This document shows, in pieces, positions 39,276-52,559 of a stretch of DNA of 64,000 bases (its first letter is position 1; the number at the start of each line of letters is the position of its first letter). The position numbers and the translations under genes are program-made. The DNA comes from Lama guanicoe (Eukaryota): the NCBI GenBank assembly GCA_013239625.1, contig MU054220.1, positions 6,184,626-6,248,625 on the forward strand, written 5' to 3'. The notes beneath the pieces were generated by a model. That model was not told the origin of the DNA. It saw only the letters and a list, made by a program, of their open reading frames with translations, and did not search any database.

Positions 39276-40829
39276 GTCAATGAATCAATTCACTTTGTTG
39301 CTATAATCTTTCTACACCACACAGAGACTGTAAGTATTTGCTCAATGAATGTATTGGTTCTGTGAGCTACTGAAGGTCTGTTGGCAGGAAAGCAATGAGG
39401 TGATAGATACATTATAGGTAGATGCTCTGACAGCCCGGGCATTGTACCTTGGGGGAAGGAGCTGACAGCAACTAGAGTGGCAGGTAAGGGAGATGAAGGG
39501 ATATGGGTATAATGTGGGAAATATGGAAGAACTCATATGACCCTGGGCAAAACTAGCTACAATTTTAGACATGGTCAATCAATTATATGGCTACTTGTTT
39601 CTCAAAAGTGAAGTATTCTCTAAAGGCATGATTAAAATACTCACACCATTTTCCACTTAAAGAAACTGAGGGTTTTAAGACTGAAGTAAGATACTTGACC
39701 AAGTTCATGACCTAAACAGGCTGCACATCCACCCTTCTTCCTACTGCAGTACTGCTGCTTAAGCCCCAGAAGGGGCACTCAGATTTTCCACTCGGGCTGG
39801 GCAGATTCACAAGCCTACATTTTAGAGCACCCTCATCCATAAAAAGGAATAACACCACATTTGCCTCCTAGGGGCTATTAGAGAGATTTGTTGGTTAGGT
39901 TTGCTAAGTACCAGGCTGCTTAGTCACACGCCGTCATTTCACATAGCCTAACAGCGGAAATCCTCAGGTTCCACTCATTCAGTGCTTGTTCGACCGATGA
40001 GCAGTGAACGCCATCCTTCCTCCCTGTCTCCTGGCAAAAGCATGTCAGAGAAACTCAGAATTATTTATACCTGAAACAGCTTTTCTGCGTCTCTCAATAC
40101 CATGAATCATTGTTTTGTATGCTTGATTATATACATTTATATATCCAACATACAGTAATTTCTTTGGGCTCTCAATTTGATTTATAATCTTCAGGCAGTT
40201 TCCTAAATGTCTTTGTCACTTTTCCGGAATGGATAGTCTCCTTGGGAACATTCCTTCTCACTGAAATTTCCCACTGACGCAGGCCTCCCTTGTCTGCACG
40301 TAGGCCTGACCGTCTCAATGTTCACTGTTCAATCAGAAAAAAAAAAAATTCCTTTTATACGTAGGGCTTCTACAAAATGTGCTCTCCATAACTGAATGAA
40401 GAGGCAGAATGGGAACGCGGGGCTGGGACTGCTTGATCCGGCAGTGGAAACAAGGGCCCATCTTTGCATCTGTGAATAATATGGTTAAATAAGAGAGGGT
40501 TTCCATTTCAGTTCCAGGATTATTTTCTCTTTCTCCCTTTTTTTTCTCTTCTTATTTTAATTTTTTCCGCCTTTTTCTTTCAGTGAACAGAAATTAGCCT
40601 CCTGTTTTGAGAGGAAAAAATATTATGTCTGCCTCTCAGTATGGATCAGACTGTTCATAGGAAATAAGCGTCAGGGAACTTAGCCCTTTACATGTCCTCA
40701 TCCATTGAATAAATATATTGCTAGGAAGTTGTAGAGCATAAACTTTATTGTAAGAAAGGGAATGTATTTACCCTGAATGAATTGTATGTGCATCAAATGA
40801 GCAAGCTTGGTAGACATGATATTAGTGGC

Positions 40830-41070
40830 TGGTGTTTTATACAGTGTTAACTGTATGTCAGACAATGTTTAAGTATTTTCATTCACTGAATCATTTAATC
40901 CTCTGAACAACTCCATTAGGTAGAAATTTATCATTGCTTCCATTTTACAGATGAGAAAACAATATCACAGAGCAGTGAAAAATCTTGTCCAAGGATGCAC
41001 ATCTAGTAAGAGGTAGAGCTGGGATGTGAACTCAGGCACCCTGTCTCCCACTCACTGTGCTGTACTGTTT
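40830..41070 (-). mobile_element. MIR (MIRb-like)
   Basis: tcatttaatcctc...ccattttacagatgagaaaac...cttgtccaagg...agagctgggatgtgaactcagg. Confidence 0.85.
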
Positions 41071-42187
41071 ATGACATAAACAGATACTAGCAGATAAACT
41101 CCTTATTGCTCTTCCAAAGGCCAGTCCAAAAGACATCAGGGTGTCTTTTATGAGACCATACCTCCCAGTGGCCATCACCAGGTGAAAACTGGAGGTTTGG
41201 GGCAGCAACTCATTGGCTTGATCGCTCCTAGGTTTGTAAGGGAAATAAACTACAAATGAAATTTAATTCAATCTATTTGATTTGAGTTTGTTTTTTGGTA
41301 ATATACCAATGGAAATAGTTTTGCTAAATCACTAGTCTAGGTCACACACGCCACTAAAAACCTTCATAAGAGTGTTGAAAAGAATTGTCATAAAAGACTT
41401 CAAAGTGACATATGTAAAGTTTAACTTCCCAAAGTCACACACCAAATAAATGACAGGATTGGGAATCAAAACTGCGTCTTTCTGGTTCCAAGCCCATGTT
41501 ACTTACAATATGTGATGCTCTTAGTAGAAAACTACAAAGAGCTACATATATGTGTATGAGTTATATTTATCTGATGAAAACTAAAGCATGTAGCAACATG
41601 TAAAAGAATGTAACACCAAAGTTTATGTAACTCAAACATGGGCAGTCCCTGGGTCTGTTTCTCTAACCTACACCGTCACTGCATACCACATTATTTTTCC
41701 CCTTTCAGCATTCTTTTTCACAGATATTTTAACTTTGAAGTGACAGGACAATCACAACATAAAGGCTGCCATTTTGTGTGCCTCCTTGTCCCATGTATTA
41801 TGTATATGAAAATATTTATGTTTTCTAATTACTCTAACCTCTGCATTCCTGTGGCTTACAGTGATAGGAACTTGACAGGAATGAGAGAGACAAGCTGTCT
41901 TGTGACTACTGCTTGGCTGTATTATGTCATGAATCTTGTTTAGATTATGATTACTTTGGAAGAGAATGAAAATGGAGAGTCACAAAATATAACCATTCCA
42001 GTATCCCTGCTGGGGCGGACTCTATCCAAACTGGGGCTCAAAATTATGCTGATGGATTTTGCATTTTCTCTGTTAAGTTTCCTTAAATCTATGGCAATTT
42101 CTCAGCCATGGCAATCAATGATTGGTGTATGTTTGCTTGAAATTACCTCTTGTTTGTTGGTTTGCATTTTCCTCTAAGACCTCTTTT

Positions 42188-42267
42188 ATTTATTTTACAG
42201 TGTTGTATTAGTGTCTGGTGTACAGTATAGTGATTCAGTTGCACATATTCTTTTTCATTAAAGGCTA
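42188..42267 (-). mobile_element. Very short L1 3' terminus with imperfect TSD
   Basis: gtgttgtattagtgtctggtgtacagtatagtgattcagtt, flanked by ctaagacctctttt and ctaagctctctttt. Confidence 0.8.
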
Positions 42268-44198
42268 CTAAGCTCTCTTTTGAAAGTGGTTGTGCCTCTT
42301 TTCTACTTATTATTTAAAAGAACAGCAGATGCAGATACTTTAATTCATTATATAGTGATACTTTTCTTGTCTCTTGAGGCTGTCTTTCTCTAGATGCCCA
42401 TGCTGTGTTCCCCCCTGGGGTACAATGTGTAGCAGGAGTAGGCCAGAGATCCTGGGGCTTCCCATCTTCAGGAACTTTATTATTGCTAGTTCAGTTTTCT
42501 TAGAATGTATTATACTAAAAGGAAAATGGAGTTTCATAAATGTATTTTGCTGTATCAAATGAAAGCATATTTAAAAATAAAATGCTGACTGCCAGTATTG
42601 ATATCTGAGACTTCAGAGACCTCTTTGCAAACCTAAAACAGCAGTGGCAACATTTTTATCTCATGCGCCTACTTTGATCTTTTGGTAATACAACTATTGA
42701 AACACAATATTGAGCCATGCCTGCGCTCAGGAGGAGTTCAAGATCAATTAGTGATGTCTGTCATGATGAGGGAACTGGGAAATGGTGGTACCTAGGCCAG
42801 ATAGTTACCTTACTCAGGCCTAAAGCTTTCTACACAGTGATTTTCTGCCAATTTATTCCCAAGGATGACCTGGATAATCTTACACTGTCATCACCTTTAT
42901 CCACGTTCAACAAGAGCTTTATTGTTCGAGAGTTCTTACTAATGTCCAACCAGCATGGATTTGGTGTAATTTAGAGCTATTTCCCCTTGTTCAGCTCTAT
43001 TCAGAAGTAGATTTCCTATACAATAACTCCTCTTATATATGAAGGCTGTTATTAAAGAACAGCCCTGGGGATTGTCCAGAGAGGGGTGGAGGCTGCAAAA
43101 TGGGACAACTGCAACTGGGATGTGCATTGTGTTCTGTCTCTAGGCTGAGAAACCAGTCTGTTTTCAGGAAAAACAGACATTCCTGTTTCATCACAGCAGG
43201 AAGGAGAGGAGCTTTCTGAACAGAACAGAGAAATACAATGGCACCGACTTACACAATGCAGACTCATAATGGAAAACAAATTTGACCCACTTTATAACAA
43301 AGAACCCACTCCCCTTGGTGCTTTGATGGTCCCATTAGCTGTCTTTGGGCTCACAGAAATTAATGACACCATATTGCCTGATTATTCCTAACCTTCTTTT
43401 CATCAAGGCCTGTTTAGAGTGATGAGAGTTGACAAAAAGCTGATCATCAGTTGGGCCCAGATTATGTAGATGAACAGAGAGATCTGAAAAAGAACACTCA
43501 AAGAGTTTGCCAGAAGATAATTGGTGTGTTATTTTAGCCGGATGAAATAAAATATAATAGAAGGAGAAGAGAAGAGCTTGATTTTTAGCCAGTTGAATAG
43601 TCTTTAAGTCATACCCAAGGTAGAGAAGGGTGTCTGGAAAAAATGGTCTTTGGGTCTTTATGATAGATGTTTCAGCTTAAAATGAAAGAGAACTTAGATT
43701 CATTAATTGCCTGCCTCACACCAGGAACTGTCACATATTTTCTCTACGTTTCTGTTGGGGCTAAAGAGGCCTGATACACAATACCCCTTCTTTTCTCCAC
43801 TGAAGTTCAGAAGCAATTGAGAGGCAGACACAGGAAACTGACAGGAGATGAAAATATTGGCTTTATGATGAATGGAGCTGGTGGAAGACGTGACTCAGAT
43901 GCAACCATGTGTACCTGCAAACATACCCCAACCTATCCCAAATTACAGGCCCAATCCATGGGGGGAAAAAGTGAGACTGCAGAATATTTAGAGAGGGAAG
44001 AGAGAGAAAGGAGCCAAACTCTTTAAGTGAAGCTGAATCTTACATACTTAACTATCAGAAGAGTAACTACCCTTAAGTGAGGAAATCCATGGTGTTAGTT
44101 ACTCCAGCGGAAGTCCCATGGAAACGTGAGGAGTTGGGGGAAAAGGGTTCCCTGCTAACATTTTCCTTTATTTTATGGTTACAATGTTATGAGATACT

Positions 44199-44724
44199 TG
44201 TTGGAGACAAACATTTCTATTTCCCAAGAGCCACATTTCCATATATGCAAGAAATTGTTCCCCCTCCATACCCTGGGAGAGAAAACCATTAGAATATTCC
44301 TGACCTTTCTTACTGGCCCTCCTACTTCCCAGGTCTTCCCCAAAGGAGGACAGGTGACCTATCTGATTGGTGAATTTAAGAGCAAGAACAGAGTAAGCTT
44401 GATTTAACCACCTCTGTCTTTGTCACTTGGATCTTCTGGCCTTCAGAGATGTCCGTCTTGACAGCAAACTTACTTGAGCATATTTTCTGTCCTTGTAGGG
44501 AAGCCTGAGGTTGTCCCTTTATGCTCAGGACTTGATAAGTTGGGCTCAGCTATTCAGGGTGAATATTAGAAAGCTTGTTGTGACCACGTAGCTAAGCACG
44601 TCTCCATTCAGCTTTATTTAGAATAAAGCTGGCAACGTTAGCATTCTAGAATTACTCTAGTGAGAGTGATTAACTCTCGTTCAGTTCTAACTCAGTATTT
44701 GTTGGTTCCCTGAACCTACCAACA
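44199..44724 (+). mobile_element. Putative ancient solo LTR, family unassigned
   Basis: Inverted termini TGTTGG...CCAACA, ATTGG (reverse CCAAT) at 44366 and AATAAA at 44622. No TSD visible. Confidence 0.5.
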
Positions 44725-47649
44725 TCATGGGCCTTAGTCTGCAGCTTTGAAAAAATTGGTGCCATGGATGGTGGCACAAAGATGGCACAGATTTGAAGAT
44801 TGTTGATAGAATGGTGACTTCAGTCTTAGGAGTTGGACATGGATAACAAAGACCATGCACTCTGACAAGTAAAAGCTGCTAACTGTTTCTAGTTTTTACA
44901 GATGCAGAGATAACGTTTAATAGGAGTCCAGGCTTTTGGGGTCCTAGTGAGAAGCAACACGGCATTGGTGCGTGAGCTGTTGCAGGTGATACTGGTTGAC
45001 GTGATCAGAAACAGATTTTACCCGAGCAAATGACACGACATGTTGGAATGGGAGTAAGACTTTCATTACTAGTCAGAAATTATTTTAAACTAGCAGAATT
45101 TGAGTATATAGGCCTCTTGGAATGGGAAGATTGGGCAATATTTTGCTGCTTTTATTTGGTGAATCAGCCATGCCTACGACATGGGATATGACACTACAAA
45201 GGCATCTGGCTTCCACAGAGCCCCGGTGTGTGGTTCCTGCCAGGCACAGTAGGTGAAACTCGGTCCAGCGTTCAAGCACTGTTTTTTTGTTTGTTTGTTT
45301 GTTTTGTTACTTTGAACAGCATTTAGAGCCAACAGAAAGAACTGGACTGTGGCAAAGCTCTTTGGCTCATGGGCTTTGTCATTGCTAAAGGTTTAAACCC
45401 TCATCAAATGGTGTCAAATTGGCTCCAGATAGGTTAATTACTTAGTCTTTGAATATAATTAAACATATCAGAGTCCTTGACTGTATTTTTGTTGACTAGA
45501 GGGTAGAAAATTTTATTGAAAGGATGTGAGCCCTTACTATACACGGGCTATTGGCTTTTTTTTTTTTAAACTTAGAAAAGCAACTTCATGTATTGTTATT
45601 TTGCATCCAATGGCTAATAAGCCAATAAAGAAGGCCAGAAAGGCCTGTAGTTGGAACATTCTCTCAAAGAAACAATTTTGCTCAGAAAGTCAAGGAGGAA
45701 CTGGATTGCTTCAGGAAAAAAAAAGAATAACCTAAATTTTATTCTAAGTGCCAGAATCAGAGCAATGAAGTAATAAAAGAAAAGTAAAAAGACACATGGC
45801 ATGATTAAACTGAAAGAAGAGAGATATTTCACTGAGAAAGATTGACAGGCAGATTGGATAGATACATACAGGAAATTAACTATTGGAAGCCAGGATAGAC
45901 ACACCTGAAAGGGAAAAGAGATGCACCCAGGCTGAACTGCTTTTAACAGGGGGCATGAAAAAGGGCAGATGTCTTGATTGTCACTAGATCAACGGCTATC
46001 TAGGATCAAAATAAATCTCACAGCAAAGAAGAGACATAATCTCAGTGAGAGACCCAGGAGTCCTAGAGAGACCATTCAGAGAGATCCTCTAAAACTTGTA
46101 GATAGAAGCTAAAAGAACAACTGGAACCATTCCTTGAAGAATGGTTAAAAGAAAAAGGAGAAGAAGGAGAAGGAAATGGAGGGATCTGAGAGTGAAAGAA
46201 CAGAATCTGTGTAGACGATCTTAAGCTGTATGAGATGACTGCCGAGGTGACATAGCTACCGTAATCCCCTGTGCACTGAGGGAATACGTTTAAGAAATTC
46301 ATGGAGTTAGAACTCTGTGGGAATAAAGAAGGATGACACATACTAAAGGGGAACCAGCTAGACAAGAACAGACCAAGCTGAGGTCTGTGTTATTGAGCAG
46401 GGAGAGTAAGTTCCTGTCTGAGTTTTTCTACCTCGAAGGGTTAACCTTAAATAATACTTGCTTAAACAGTGAATTTTTTGGCAGATCCCAAATTATCAAT
46501 ATAATATCTCTTCAAAATAGAGGATGAAACAGGACAAAATCTAAGAAATAAAGCTCCTAAAAATAGAAATAACTTAAAAATGGGGGCCAGAAAGGAATAT
46601 AAAAGCCCGAGAGAAGAAAAATCCTCAGATCCAGCAATTCCTACGAGCCCTACCTGTGGGAGAGAAGGAAAGGGCCAGGATACTATGTGAGAATCTCAAC
46701 GGAAGTTCCCCCAAAGTGGTGGGATTGACAGAAGTAAAGAGAGCAGAAGAAATATATCGATATTCTACTACTGAGAATAAAAATCTTGAAAAAATTTCAG
46801 CAGCCATTGAAGTGACATAAGTTATTAAAGTCCAAAAAATTTAAAAGTCAGGGAAGGGCAAGGGATCAGAAAAGAAAACATGGCAAAGGTATTCATTCTC
46901 ATGATACCCTTCGGAGTTTCAATATCAGAAGGATTAGCAGAACGTGTTGAGGGTGAACCTTCAGCAAAATCTAAATCAAGAATGAAGTGGAAACGTCTCC
47001 TACGAGGGAGGCTTTATAAGCTCAGTTGATGCTGCGGCAGGAAATAGCAGCAGTAGTCACTTTAGCACCAGACTAGAATGACCTGCTGAAAAGTGGTGCA
47101 GAGACCAGGATCTTGTTCAGTGCTAGAGTGGCAGACGCTTAAGGCTTACAGGTGAAAGGGATATTGAAGAGTTTCGGATATCCTGGATGAGAAACTAAGG
47201 CAACTCAAAGAAGATCAAGCAACTGGGAATGCCACCATTACCCATCCTTAAAATGTGTAAGGAGGTGATGGACACAGGATGAAAGTAGAGTGCAGTTTTG
47301 GGTGTGGCTTTTCCCTTAGAGAGCGCACGTGGAACCACCGTTAATCTCTTGAATAGAAGTCTCTGCAAATGAAGTTTAAACTCACAAGTCAGGGATGGGT
47401 GACAGCGTAAGAAACCAAAGTTTACTTCATCTACCCAACTTGTCTCAGGTAGAAACATATCTCTGCTTGATCTGTGGCAAAAGATGTCTGGATTATACAA
47501 ATATCCGAGTGCAGATGACCTCATTTTGTTTGGCGAGCTGTACCAGGGGATGGGGTTTTGCTTGTTTCTAAATATGGTAGCTGTAGGCTGGTGCTGTGAT
47601 AAAATTGTCTTTCCCAGTATCATTTTGTACTCTTTAAATAAGGTGCCCT

Positions 47650-48540
47650 GACAGCATGCCCTGAGAAAAATATGACATCACTTTTGTAGGATTCCTGCCA
47701 AAAGTATATAATCTGAATCTAATCATGAGGAAACATCAGGCAAATCCAAATTGAAGGAGAGTCTACAAAATCACTGGCTTATCGTTTTCAAAAACTGCCA
47801 AGGTCATGAAAGGCAAAGAAAACCTTTGAAAGACAAAAAACATAAAAGTCAAAAACAACTTGGAAGACAAACACTACCCACTAAAGGAGATTAAAGAGAC
47901 AGGACAACTAAACCACACGCCTGGTCCTGGATGTAATCTGGAAAATGGATATTCCATTGGTGAAGTCTAGACAAGGCCCTAGACTAGATACCACTTTGTA
48001 TCAGTATTAATATCCTGATTGGAAAAAAATATACTGTGGTTATATAAAAGAATATCCTTTTTATAGAGGTAGAGAGATCTCATGTTTTCAATTTACACTT
48101 ATTTTTTTTCTCGAAAAAGAGAGTGAATCATAAAACAAGTGTGGTCAATGTTAACATTCGGAGAATCTGGGTGAGGAGTATACAGGTAACATTGCTAGAT
48201 TTTGCAAATAAAAACATAGAACAACTAGTTAAATTTGAATTTCAGACAAGTAATGGATATTTTGTATCAGAGATTTGTCTTAAATGTTGCATGGGATATA
48301 TAAATGTTTAAAAATAGTTGTTTCTTTGAAATTCAAATGTGTCTGGATGTTTTGGATTTTATTTTTAATATTTGGGGCATACTTATATTAGAACAATTAT
48401 TCATTGTTTACATGAAATTCAGATCTAACTAGACGGTCGATGTTTTTCTTGCAGCCTTCCATGAAGCATTTCTTTGTGCCATTTTTGCAACCTTCTTATA
48501 AGGCTTCAATTCTTTCAAGATAAAAAGTTAGAAAAAATGT
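47650..48540 (+). mobile_element. L1MC4/5-like 3'UTR interrupted by MER53
   Basis: catcacttttgtaggattcctgccaaaa...ctgaatctaatcatgaggaaacatcag...aaggtcatgaaagg, resuming at atttttgcaacctt...aaaagtta. Confidence 0.8.
48190..48458. mobile_element. MER53-like hAT MITE with an extra arm
   Basis: tagttaaatttgaatttcaga on the left, and two tgaaattca(a/g)at arms on the right. Confidence 0.75.
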
Positions 48541-49261
48541 ACGGTATACAAGAGACTAGGGTCAGATTCATTCCTGTTTAGCAATTTTAAGGGACTTGCA
48601 TCGATTACAGTTAAGGGGGGAGAAAGCATCCTTCTGCCTAGAAATTTGACTCAGCATCCTACCGAAAGCCTGGAAAATAGAAATAGGGAAGGACTATAAG
48701 CAGTGAGATTTAGTTTACTTGGATCTTACCATGTAGTTGCATTTTGTTTTTGTTTTAATCTCCACTAAAAATTCGATAAGAGGAAGGAGGTTATATTAAA
48801 TTGGAGGGATTTTTGTTTTGCTGGCATTGCATTATTGGAGTTTATTTATACTATCACCTAAAGTCACCATCTAACATCTGGTACAATATATTAGATGACC
48901 TGCTTGCACGTATTTTGAAATGAGAAATGGAACCCCAAGTGTTAATTTTCAGCCTAGGGTACAGCAGGGTCTTAGAGTTAAATAATGTGCTGTTCTGAGA
49001 TATTTCTGAGCCTTCTGGAGGCGTGCAGGGGGGCAAAACGTTGCCCACTAGTAGTGCCAAGAGAATCACCGGAGGGCCAGTGAGCAGTTGGTGTTAGGGA
49101 GGGTCGAACATGGTTTAATGTGACAGGGAGGTAAGTCTGTCTTATTGGAGGTAAAAGGTCAAAGGGTGAATTATAGCCTCTTATTTAAGCTGCATCCTCT
49201 ACTCAGCTATCAGTAACAAAGCCAGATTTTCATTTTCACTTTCCAAATTGTGTATTCTAAT

Positions 49262-49765
49262 TTTCATTTTTAAAACAGCTTTATTGGAGTTTAATTTATA
49301 TATAAAAACTGCATATACTTAATATACACAATGTAGTGAGTTTGGACATATGCCCATACCTATGACACTCTCAGCAAAACCAAGGTAGCAGACATACCCC
49401 TCACCTCCCAAGTTCTCTTGTGCTGCCCCCCTTTCTTTTTTTTTTTTTTTATTTTGGTAACAACAACAATTAACATGAGATCTATTCTTGTAGCACAATT
49501 TTAAGTGTACAATACTGTGTTGTTAACTACAAAAACAATGTTGTCCAATGGATCTCTAGAACTTACTCATCTTGCGTAACTGAAACTTTATATACATTGA
49601 ACAGCAACTCCCCATTTCCTCCTCTCCCCAGTCCTCCCCAGCAATCACTGTTCTGCTCTTGACTTCTATAAGTTTGACTATTTTGAATGCCTCATGCACG
49701 TGGAATCATACAGTATTGTCTCTCTGAGCCTGGCTTATTTTGCTTAGCGTAATGTCCTCCAGGTA
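49262..49765 (-). mobile_element. L1MA9/10-like 3'UTR
   Basis: cagctttattgga...ttaacatgagatcta...gatctctagaacttactcatcttgcgtaactgaaacttt...aatgtcctccagg. Confidence 0.9.
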
Positions 49766-52433
49766 GATTCAATCTCTCAATCCTAAACTTTGGATGGGGA
49801 AGAAAAGACTGTTACTTGATTCCCCTCCCTCTCCCAGACTCTTAGCAGCATCTGTAGATGAGGTAAGAGGGAATGTGGTTAAGTATCTTCCTCCAGGTCA
49901 CATTTATAGAAAGTCTTAAACCCAAATTTAAATCCTGGTTTACTTCACTCCAGTGTTTACATTTTTCCATCTCTATGACCATCATTAATAATGTAATGAT
50001 ATTATCTAATAGCTACGTAATAATCATAACATTCACCCCCAGTATTAATACCCATTCTTGTTCCCTACACTGCATGGCCTTTTTTCTGTCTGCATTGGTC
50101 TAACATATATACAGTATTTAATGCGGAATTGATAATGAAATGAGATACTAAGTGTTTAGTATTTCATGAACTGCTACTGTCTTATTCTGTTGGTGGAGTA
50201 GAAACTACTAATCGTTTTAAATAATAATAATTTATCTCAGCTCTATGAAGGAGCAACATAAAAACCTCAGTTTACTCATTCAATTCCCAATTCAATTCTT
50301 CTTTGTCAAGTTATTCTAAGATTTTCCCTCAAGTTATGAACCAGAGAGCAGACTTTCTTTTCCTTACCAAACCACTGTACTTTCTGTGATAGATAATACA
50401 GTATCATTCAGCACAAACTCACCTGCAGCCTGAAGGAAAGCCATCTCAACCAACTCACAGTCTTTTTGAGAGAGAAAATTAAATGCTCATAGTGAGCCAC
50501 TGAGGTTTTATAGTGATTTGTTATGCAGTATTATTGCATAGCTGACTCTTACAAATTACTCCCAATCTTGTTTGAGAAGCCACTAGGGAAAATACGTTTT
50601 GTAGGGAGCGTGCATTAATCCATTCTCTCTGTTGCTCTCACGTTTCTAACCGCTGTATAATGCAGAGAGAGTGAGTGCACTGTGGTACATTATGTGGTAG
50701 AGTGAGGGGGTGGTTACCCGCTGCAGCACTTCTCAGCTGTCTTCCTCGGAGACATGCGTGATGGATGGTGTTTACGTGAACGGCACCGTCCCAGGAGGGT
50801 CCCTAGGAATTCTTGGCAAGCTAGCTGTAACTCTACCAGCCCTTTCCAAGTCAAGATAGCGTACTGTAATAGATGGAAAAGTGAGAGTGATTTTTTTACA
50901 GAGATACTCTCGAATCACTTTAAATGTGTATAAAAATAATGTTCATGAACATTAGTATTTTAATATTAATCTGCCTAACAGCTAATCATGACTTGAACTG
51001 TGTGTCATTGTAAGCAGAAACTATTGTAGAGGAATAAATAAGAACCTTATTCCTTATTTTATGGAAGCCTGTTATCTTCTACCTCAGGAGTTGAAATCAT
51101 GTATTACACCTCAGATTGCATACTGCTGTATCTGGCATACAGTATACATTCAATAATTTCCAGTCACTTTCTTCTTCGTCTCCTCTGGTCCTTCCCTTCA
51201 GTGGTCTTCTCAAGATAAGAGACACTTCTACCCTTCTAACACTGGAGAGAAAAATACCCATTTTTCACCCCTGAAACTACTGTTTTGTATGGTCTCATCA
51301 CTTGTTGGATTTTGTAAAGGAAAACAATGTGAAACTCCCGCTAGCTGCTGTCAGATCCCTTTTCCTGTTGCACAGTGTGCTGCTTAAGACATCTCATTCC
51401 AATATCATTGCGTTGCAAGTACTTGCAGTTATTAAAACAGACTCATTTCAGCTATCACAACAGGCTTAGTTTGCTCCGTTTAACATTTTTCTCTTCTACT
51501 TAAAGCTCTCTTATTCCACCAGGTGTCGGTGAGACTCGTGGTTCTAGTCCAGGACTTGGAACTGAGAAGGGCTGTATACATCCCATTTTCTCTTTCTACC
51601 ATCTGTGACTTCATTCTCTTTTCTGCCTTTACTTCTCTGATGTCACAATAAGGAATAAAGGGAAGAAAACTTGGCATTACCTTATGGCAGGTTAGCTGTC
51701 TCCTTTCTCAGTAATAATTTCTAATCACTTCTGTGGCTTTTGTTTGCATTTTGAGGTCTGCTGAAGCCACACTAACGCTGAATGGTATCTCACTTTCCTT
51801 TTGTGCAGAAAGTGCTCAACTTCTGGTTCCTTCCTGGGGACATATTTGTTGGTTCTTTTGAATAGTTCTTGTGGTGGTCTCCTCTTACTTAATCTCCGGG
51901 GATAAAACGTCTGACGGGGACTCAGCTTCTTCATCCCTAATTTTCAGCCTTCATTCCACTTGGTATTTCCTCACACCTTTGTATGTATACTCCCCTAATC
52001 CAGAAGATACCCCGTAGGAGAAGCAGTGCAGTGCAAGCCCTACGCAGCTAGCTGCAGCTAGCAGTAACTTGTCGTCCTGAATGGTAGAACCGCATGTCGT
52101 CCTGAATGGTAGAACCGTCAGCATGCTCTTTCATAACTCTGCTATGTCCCTCTCTCGCTCTGTCTGCTCCAGTTGTATGTGGAAGGTCCACAGACTCTGT
52201 GGCTTAATGGACATTGTGTCAGTGAATGAAATCCTAGGCTTTCCTTCTTGTAAGACGTCCTGCACTTTACTCATTTATCCCTTCATGTCCTCTTCTCCTC
52301 AGCTTCAGAGAGGGGAAACAGGCGGCCTGTCCTAGGGTTATACTTTCCTTCACATGCCTATTGTCTTCTCACTCCTTGTTCCCACCTTTTAACTGCCCTC
52401 AGAATATGCAGACAAACCAATCTGATGTCTTTT

Positions 52434-52559
52434 TATTTTGGTGGTGGGAGGTAATTAGGTTTTCATTTATTTATTTTTAGTGGAAGTTCTAGGGATTCAA
52501 CCTAGGAACTTGTGCATGCTGGGCCTACACTCTACCACTGAGCTAGACCCCCTCTCCCC
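52434..52559 (-). mobile_element. Camelid tRNA-derived SINE (vic-1-like) with TSD
   Basis: The reverse complement reads ggggagagggggtctagctcagtggtagagtg...gcatgcacaagttcctaggttgaatccc...aataaat...aacctaattacctccc, with A/B boxes and a vic-1-type tail. TSD aatctgatgtctttt / aatttgacatctttt. Confidence 0.88.

Noticed and set aside
52070..52117. CRISPR-like repeat
   Set aside because: Only two copies with a 2-bp spacer, in a mammalian context with no cas genes
52480..52559. tRNA gene on the minus strand
   Set aside because: The tRNA-like head is followed by a SINE tail and flanked by a TSD, so it is a SINE
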